Origin: Armatimonadota bacterium
GTDB taxonomy: Bacteria; Armatimonadota; HRBIN16
NCBI GenBank assembly: GCA_963677485.1
Contig: OY781964.1
Location: forward strand, 1,376,001 to 1,440,000
Reading direction: 5' to 3'
Length of the DNA: 64,000 nt
In this document: positions 58,247 through 64,000 of the stretch, one piece after another
How the letters are laid out: the number at the start of each line of letters is the position of its first letter
How positions within the stretch are numbered: the first letter of the stretch is position 1
Position numbers and translations under genes: made by a program
The notes under the pieces: model-generated
Seen by the model: the letters and a program-made list of their open reading frames with translations, nothing else
Database searches by the model: none
What the model was told of the DNA's origin: nothing

Positions 58247-59173
58247 CTACTTCAGCTCATTACCAGTAATTCGGCGGTAGGCCTCGTGGTATTTCGCGCT
58301 GGTCTCAGCCACCACATTGTCTGGCAGAGTGGGGGCTGGCGGGGTCTTATTCCAGCCGCAAGCTTCCAGCCAGTCGCGTAGGTACTGCTTGTCATAGCTG
58401 GGCTGGTTTTGGCCCGGTTTGTAGGTAGAGGCATCCCAGAAGCGGCTGCTGTCAGGCGTCAACGCTTCGTCAATCAACATCAACTCGCCCTCGGCGTCCA
58501 GACCGAACTCAAATTTCGTGTCTGCGATGATGATGCCACGCTCCGCGGCCAGCTCACGAGCGGTGCCGTAGATTCGCAGCGCACTATAGGCCAGCTCACG
58601 CGCCCGGTCACCGATGATCTCTTCGGCCTGCTCAAGGCTGATGTTGATATCGTGTCCCTCGTCGGCTTTAGTGCTGGGCGTAAAGAAGGGCTGTGCCAGG
58701 ATCTCGCTGTTCTTCATGCCAGCGGGAAGCTCTACGCCATGGATCGTCACCTTCTGAGTCTCGCCACCGGCGGCCAGATACTCTTTATACAGCGACCCAG
58801 CCAGGTAGCCGCGTACGATGCACTCCACGGGGAAGGGCTTGGCCTTAAAGACCAGCATGCTGCGACCTTCGAGCATCGCGGCGGTCTGAGCATCCACATG
58901 ACCACCGGCCTTTTCGATTTGCGGGGTCATGGTGGCCACGTCGCAGGTGATATAGTGGTTTCGAATCACGTGTTCGGTCTTCTCAAACCAGAATTTGCTG
59001 AACTGGGTCAGCACAGCCCCCTTGCCAGGGATGCCGTTGGGCATTACCACGTCGAAAGCACTGATCCGGTCGCTCACAACAATCAGCACGGTGTCGCCGA
59101 GGTCATACATATCGCGGACCTTGCCGCGGACATAAGGCGTAAGCCCGGGGATTTCAGACTGAAGCACGATCAT
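58247..59173 (-). CDS. purC: SAICAR synthase
   Basis: GKVRDMY, SDRISAFD, VECIVRGY, PSTKA, ADTKFEFG, TPDSSRFW. Confidence 0.97.
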   Translation of the reverse strand: MIVLQSEIPGLTPYVRGKVRDMYDLGDTVLIVVSDRISAFDVVMPNGIPGKGAVLTQFSKFWFEKTEHVIRNHYITCDVATMTPQIEKAGGHVDAQTAAMLEGRSMLVFKAKPFPVECIVRGYLAGSLYKEYLAAGGETQKVTIHGVELPAGMKNSEILAQPFFTPSTKADEGHDINISLEQAEEIIGDRARELAYSALRIYGTARELAAERGIIIADTKFEFGLDAEGELMLIDEALTPDSSRFWDASTYKPGQNQPSYDKQYLRDWLEACGWNKTPPAPTLPDNVVAETSAKYHEAYRRITGNELK

Positions 59174-59216
59174 GCTGGGTCTCCTTATCGGTTATATATA
59201 GTGTTTACTGACTTCT

Positions 59217-60587
59217 TTAGTTATTCAAGCTATGGATCGGCGCGGGGATATGCCCTCCCATGCGCACGAACTCTTCGCTGCCCGTGGGGGCCATCGCCAT
59301 AATCGGGCTTTCGCCAAACAGACCGCCGAACACCGCTCGGTCGCCCGCCTTCTTACCCGGCACAGGAATAAGCCGCACCGAGGTAGTTTTGCGGTTGATC
59401 ACACCGATGGACAGCTCATCCAGCGTCAGACCCGCCAGCGCCTCCGCCGGTGTATCGCCAGGCACGGCGACCATATCCAGGCCCACCGAGCAGACGCTGG
59501 TCATCGCTTCCAGTTTTCCCAGCTCCAGATAGCCCAGTTGGGCAGCCTCAGCAAGGGCGGCATCCTCGGCGACCGGAATGAAGGCACCTGAAAGTCCGCC
59601 CACTCGCGAGGAGGCAAACGCGCCGCCTTTTTTCACCGCATCATTCAACATCGCCAGAGCCGCGGTAGTGCCTGGGCAGCCGATTCGGCTGATGCCCATC
59701 GCCTGGAATATCTCACCCACACTGTCACCCACCTCAGGGGTCGGCGCCAGGCTGAGGTCCACGATGCCGAACTCCACACCGGACAGCCGTGCCACCTCGC
59801 GCCCAATGAGCTCACCGCAACGTGTCACTCGGAAGGCGGTGCTCTTGATCTCCTCAGCCAAAGCGCCAAGGTCACATCGGCTGCTGCGCTGGCGGAGGCG
59901 CTCAATGGCCCGCTTCACCACGCCAGGGCCGCTGACGCCGATGTTGACAACCACTTCCGGTTCACCGATGCCCTTATAAGCACCCGCCATGAAGGGGTTA
60001 TCCTCGGGCATGTTCGCAAACACGCTCAGCTTGCAGCACGCAAAGCCATCTGTGTCGGCGGTGAGTTCGGCAGCCTGTTTCAGCACATGACCCAGCAGCA
60101 GAACCGCATCCACATTAATACCCGCCTTCGTGCTGGCGGCATTCACAGACGCGCAGATTCGGCTGGTCTGGCTGAGCACCGCGGGCAGGCTTTCGATCAG
60201 CATACGGTCGCCCTTGCTCATGCCCTTTTGCACCATGGCGCTGTATCCGCCGATGATGTCAATACCCGCCTGCTCCGCCGCTTCCTGTAACGCGAAGGCG
60301 GCCTGCAGCAGCTCATCCGGACCGTGACCGGCCAGTATGTCCGCCATCGGACTGACCGCCACACGCTTGTTCACGATGGGGATGCCGTAGGTGCTGCTCA
60401 CTTTTCGGCAGATGTCAGGCAGGGGTGATGCCAGTCTGATGATCTTCTCTTTCATCAGCCGGCAGCAAGTGTCGATGTTGCGGTCGGTGCAGTCGAACAG
60501 GTCGATTCCCATATTCACCGCGCGCACATCCAGGTGTTCATCCTGCAGCATGGCGATCATGCGCAGCACATCGTCTTGCGCTCTCAT
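59217..60587 (-). CDS. PFL-like DUF711 / UPF0210 protein
   Basis: PIVNKR, PEDNPFMAGA, GVSGPGVV, DLSLAPTP, GGLSGAFIPV. Confidence 0.92.
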   Translation of the reverse strand: MRAQDDVLRMIAMLQDEHLDVRAVNMGIDLFDCTDRNIDTCCRLMKEKIIRLASPLPDICRKVSSTYGIPIVNKRVAVSPMADILAGHGPDELLQAAFALQEAAEQAGIDIIGGYSAMVQKGMSKGDRMLIESLPAVLSQTSRICASVNAASTKAGINVDAVLLLGHVLKQAAELTADTDGFACCKLSVFANMPEDNPFMAGAYKGIGEPEVVVNIGVSGPGVVKRAIERLRQRSSRCDLGALAEEIKSTAFRVTRCGELIGREVARLSGVEFGIVDLSLAPTPEVGDSVGEIFQAMGISRIGCPGTTAALAMLNDAVKKGGAFASSRVGGLSGAFIPVAEDAALAEAAQLGYLELGKLEAMTSVCSVGLDMVAVPGDTPAEALAGLTLDELSIGVINRKTTSVRLIPVPGKKAGDRAVFGGLFGESPIMAMAPTGSEEFVRMGGHIPAPIHSLNN

Positions 60588-61153
60588 ACGGCCCCCTCCA
60601 TCAACTCGGTGACGGGCATCACCTGGCTGGTGACGGTGAACACATTCTGGTGCATCAACTGCACGCTGAAGGCATATTCACGCCCCAGGGCTTCGAGGTC
60701 GTTTTTCACGCTCTCCACATCCACATCTGCGGGGATGGTCACCAGTCCGGTGACCAGGAACTCCGCGTCGGTGGCGTAGGCGTTGAAGTCCTCGATGTTG
60801 ACGCCCCTCTGCGCGAGGTAGCTGCTGGCTTTCAACAGCATGCCGGGCACTTGATGGGTGCGTAGCGTTAGCGTGAAAGGCTCCCCCTGGCAGACTACGG
60901 GTACTCCCTCCACAAACGGTCGCACATTTACTTCAAATTCACCCACCTGTCCATTGCGTTCAATGCTCTGGCGGACCATCAAAGGGGTGCAGGAATCCGG
61001 TAACTGCGCGGACAGGATGAGGGTGAAATACCCCCTGAGCACCGTCTGGCTGGCATGGGTGATGTTGCCCTGAAGCTCCGCAAGGCCCGCGCTGACATCG
61101 CGAACGATGCCCGCGCGGTCAGACGCCATCACGGTGACTATATATTCGGTCAT
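60584..61153 (-). CDS. Double ACT-domain protein (GcvR-like)
   Basis: VTVMASDRAGIV..VS, NI...SQT; the usual neighbour of DUF711. Confidence 0.85.
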   Translation of the reverse strand: MTEYIVTVMASDRAGIVRDVSAGLAELQGNITHASQTVLRGYFTLILSAQLPDSCTPLMVRQSIERNGQVGEFEVNVRPFVEGVPVVCQGEPFTLTLRTHQVPGMLLKASSYLAQRGVNIEDFNAYATDAEFLVTGLVTIPADVDVESVKNDLEALGREYAFSVQLMHQNVFTVTSQVMPVTELMEGAV

Positions 61154-61379
61154 TATGTTCTCTTTTCAATTGCATACTTACAGATACATTTTACAGACAA
61201 ACCGCTTCAAGCGCAGAGACGGGCATTACTGATGCATAGTCCGCTAGATTGGTGTGCTGTACTTAATAAGCCGTAATGCAAACCGACCACCATTGTATAG
61301 ATAAATAACGTGAAGGTATAATCACATTGAGCAGTGAAGCTAAACGTAACCAATATTTTCATATTAGAGGTGATATTTC

Positions 61380-62162
61380 ATGCGCAGCACTTTGATTACG
61401 ATACTCATCGGGACAACGCTCTGCAGTATTTGTATGGCACAACCTGTAGTCACTACCGATAAAGTTGGCTCAGACAGGACCAATATGGAGCTGTATCGGG
61501 CCACCAACAAGGAATTAGGAAGCAAACAGAAGGCCGTTAAGAATTTCATAAAAGCGATGGCAAGCGGCGAATCAACAAAAGTGAAAGAATGTATCTGGCC
61601 GGTAAAGAAAGCTCCGCAGATAATAGATAAGCATTATTTAGCTTCAGATACGGGCCTTCGCTATATATCCGAGCTGCTGGTTACCGATGTAGATAGTGAT
61701 GCCCTTTTGATCAAGCCCTGGGTTCAGTGGAAGGGAGCTATGATGCTCATCTTGCCTGTTCATGGTGCGCTTATGCTTGTAGCCCCAACGGATAACGAGA
61801 CACGCGAAGACGGGTATAAATCAACCTTTGTACCGATTGAGATGGGTGAATACGCGTATATGTTGGTTCAACCTAAAGTAAAGCTGGCTGGATCATGGAG
61901 CAAACTGCCGGAGCAGTTTTCATCCTATGGTATTGCTGTCGCTTTAGAGAAGCGGAACAACGTCTGGAAGGTCGATGCCTTTCAAACTGACCTCAACCTT
62001 CGGTTCTATTCGACAAAGGTCGCAAATATGATGCAGTATGCAGATGGCCCAGCCTACGGACTTATCGATCCAGATCCGAAGAACCCGGATATGGACAAAT
62101 GGTTTCCGGTCATTCACGGAATGGAATCAGAACATATAGTTGATGACAAGCCATCAAAGTAG
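61380..62162 (+). CDS. Exported hypothetical protein
   Basis: GAGGTG, signal peptide, lower GC than neighbouring genes. Confidence 0.7.
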   Translation: MRSTLITILIGTTLCSICMAQPVVTTDKVGSDRTNMELYRATNKELGSKQKAVKNFIKAMASGESTKVKECIWPVKKAPQIIDKHYLASDTGLRYISELLVTDVDSDALLIKPWVQWKGAMMLILPVHGALMLVAPTDNETREDGYKSTFVPIEMGEYAYMLVQPKVKLAGSWSKLPEQFSSYGIAVALEKRNNVWKVDAFQTDLNLRFYSTKVANMMQYADGPAYGLIDPDPKNPDMDKWFPVIHGMESEHIVDDKPSK

Positions 62163-62185
62163 GATCGGCTTGATACCAGTTTGCT

Positions 62186-62221
62186 ACAAAACGGGCACCC
62201 ATGGGAAGGTGCCCGTTTTGT
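62186..62221. terminator. Bidirectional intrinsic terminator
   Basis: acaaaacgggcacc, 8-nt loop, ggtgcccgttttgt. Confidence 0.8.
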
Positions 62222-62480
62222 GATTATTCCCGATTCACTCCGGCACTTTAGTTCTACCGCAACGCCATTATTCGTCAACTTCAGTTATTAACTGGTTCAT
62301 ATTCTGTCCTGCCTTGCACTCCATTAATGCGGGAAAGCCACAAGAATGCGGGTATGCAATTTGCCATCCCGCCACTCACCTGCCACCGCGCAGACAATGG
62401 CTTGAGTTACTACCACCATCCTTGTAGTATGAAAAGTAATGCTCAGTCACCTCCAACCGTGTAAGGAGACCATTTCACCT

Positions 62481-64000
62481 ATGAATTATCGTTTGTTACC
62501 TGCTATCCTACTGTTCAGCAGCCTGACCGCGTCGGCCGTACAGGCCCAGGGGCCTGAAGTTATACCCATCACCAACGCCAACTGCGTGGCCGTAGACGGC
62601 CTTGGCCGGGCCCTACCCAGTTACCAGCAGACGGGGCCTACCATCAAAGACCGCTGGGTGGGCATCTTCTACTGGCAATGGCACGGTGACCTTCGGGCCT
62701 GGAGCAGCTATAACATCACCGAATGGCTGAAAACACACCCAGGATTCAAGGACTGGGTTTCGCACCCGGAAGGTGGACCCGATTTCCCCACATGGTATTG
62801 GGCGGAGCCGTTGTTTGGATATTATCGATCGACCGACCCATGGGTCATGCGCAAACACATGGCCATGCTGGCCGATGCCGGTGTGGATTTTCTATACCTG
62901 GACTATACCAATGACTCTGTATACGACCAAGAGCTGCAGCAGCTCATTGACGTGCTGCATGAGCTCAAAGCCAATGGGATGAAAGTGCCAAAACTGGTTT
63001 TCTTCTTGAATCATGACCCAGAGTGGAAGGTAGAGCATCTCTACACAAACTGGTATACCACCGGCAAGGCGGACGATCTGTGGTTCAAGTGGAATGGCAA
63101 ACCGCTGATCATGGCACCCATCCCTACCGACCCGGCTGCATTGAAAAACCCTCACCAGATTCCACCCGACACAACCCCGGTCAAAGACGCCTCCGTGATC
63201 AAGCGGCTGCAAGATTACTTCACTTATCGACCCACCTGGGCATTTCAAGACGCGAAAACTGACCCCACCAAATGGCGGTTTATGGACAACAACCCGCAGC
63301 GTCCCGCACTGGATGCGAACGGAAAAGTGGAACAGATGGTGGTGGCGAAGTCGTTGGGAGGTCCGTTATGGGAAAACATGCACACTTCTGGTGTGAGCTG
63401 CGTTCCGGGTTTTGAGCCTAAATACGATGACCAGTGGACCAGCAAAGAAAACGCGCAAGGGCTGTTCCATCAGTACCAATGGGATCAGGCCATGAAGGTC
63501 AAGGCACCCATGCTTCTGGTGACCGGCTGGAACGAGTGGACCGCCTCGGTCTGGGAAACAGAGACAGTGAAGTTCCTCGGACGGGTCACCGGCAAAGGTC
63601 AGGGGCACATCGTCGATGAGTTCAACCAGGATTTCAACCGCGATCTGGAGCCAATGAAGGGCGGCTACGGCGACGTCTACTACTGGCAGTTCGTGGCCAA
63701 CATGCGCAAATACAAGGGTATGGATGCCCCTCAGCCCGTCTCCGCTCCGCGCAAGGTGACCCTTGGCCAGTCGGCAAGTTGGGCAGGAGTGACCCCAGTC
63801 TACAATGATACCGTAAAGGACACGGCCAACCGCAGTTGGGCTGGCACTCCCAAAGGCGTGTTCTACACCAACAATACCTCACGCAACGGCATCATCGCAG
63901 CCCAGGTGGCCAGAGATACGAAGAACATCAGCTTCTGTGTGCGCACCAGCCAGATGCTTACGGCGCCGGCAGGCAGCAACTGGATGGTGCTGTTGATAGA
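62481..64000 (+). CDS. Exported GH99/GH71-like glycoside hydrolase, runs off the window end (missing from the ORF track)
   Basis: AAGGAG upstream; MNYRLLPAILLF signal peptide; VGIFYWQWH, YWAEPLFGYYRSTDPWV.RKH..MLADAGVD, TGWNEW, RDLEPM.GGYGD. Confidence 0.85.
   Translation, partial: MNYRLLPAILLFSSLTASAVQAQGPEVIPITNANCVAVDGLGRALPSYQQTGPTIKDRWVGIFYWQWHGDLRAWSSYNITEWLKTHPGFKDWVSHPEGGPDFPTWYWAEPLFGYYRSTDPWVMRKHMAMLADAGVDFLYLDYTNDSVYDQELQQLIDVLHELKANGMKVPKLVFFLNHDPEWKVEHLYTNWYTTGKADDLWFKWNGKPLIMAPIPTDPAALKNPHQIPPDTTPVKDASVIKRLQDYFTYRPTWAFQDAKTDPTKWRFMDNNPQRPALDANGKVEQMVVAKSLGGPLWENMHTSGVSCVPGFEPKYDDQWTSKENAQGLFHQYQWDQAMKVKAPMLLVTGWNEWTASVWETETVKFLGRVTGKGQGHIVDEFNQDFNRDLEPMKGGYGDVYYWQFVANMRKYKGMDAPQPVSAPRKVTLGQSASWAGVTPVYNDTVKDTANRSWAGTPKGVFYTNNTSRNGIIAAQVARDTKNISFCVRTSQMLTAPAGSNWMVLLI

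Noticed and set aside
62230-62470. Riboswitch in the leader of the last gene
   Set aside because: Only isolated GGGAA/GCCAC words; no complete aptamer consensus could be built.

Overview
Bacterial chromosomal window of about 55-60% GC. The gene content (PEP-CTERM protein, dockerin-like proteins, pilMNOP-secretin next to aroKB, many uncharacterised glycoside hydrolases, several families of palindromic intergenic repeats) suggests an Armatimonadota-like organism; this is inference, not a measured assignment. The left third is mostly core genes: tRNA-Gln(TTG), yggT-divIVA-DUF167, dapF, ribE, ribD, rpe, a PASTA kinase-like gene, aroB, aroK and a type IV pilus/secretin operon. The middle is an accessory carbohydrate region (GH106, UroD-like protein, sulfatase, GH4, GH36, TIM-barrel hydrolases). 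The right part holds a YhcG/DUF1016 nuclease gene, an orphan MNT antitoxin, an IS3 element splitting a gene, purC and a DUF711/ACT pair. Most notable: (1) two silent upstream copies of the palindromic variable segment of the YhcG gene, with covarying arms; (2) a stand-alone SelB winged-helix domain fused to about 500 aa of RG-rich tandem repeats; (3) a PEP-CTERM cohesin-like gene next to an IPT-dockerin-FGE gene; (4) identical peptides shared by the PilN, PilO and PilP tails despite different codons; (5) two predicted catalytically dead kinases; (6) an ATA start codon and an in-frame TGA. No CRISPR array, rRNA or reverse transcriptase was found. All family calls come from motif recognition by eye, not from database searches.
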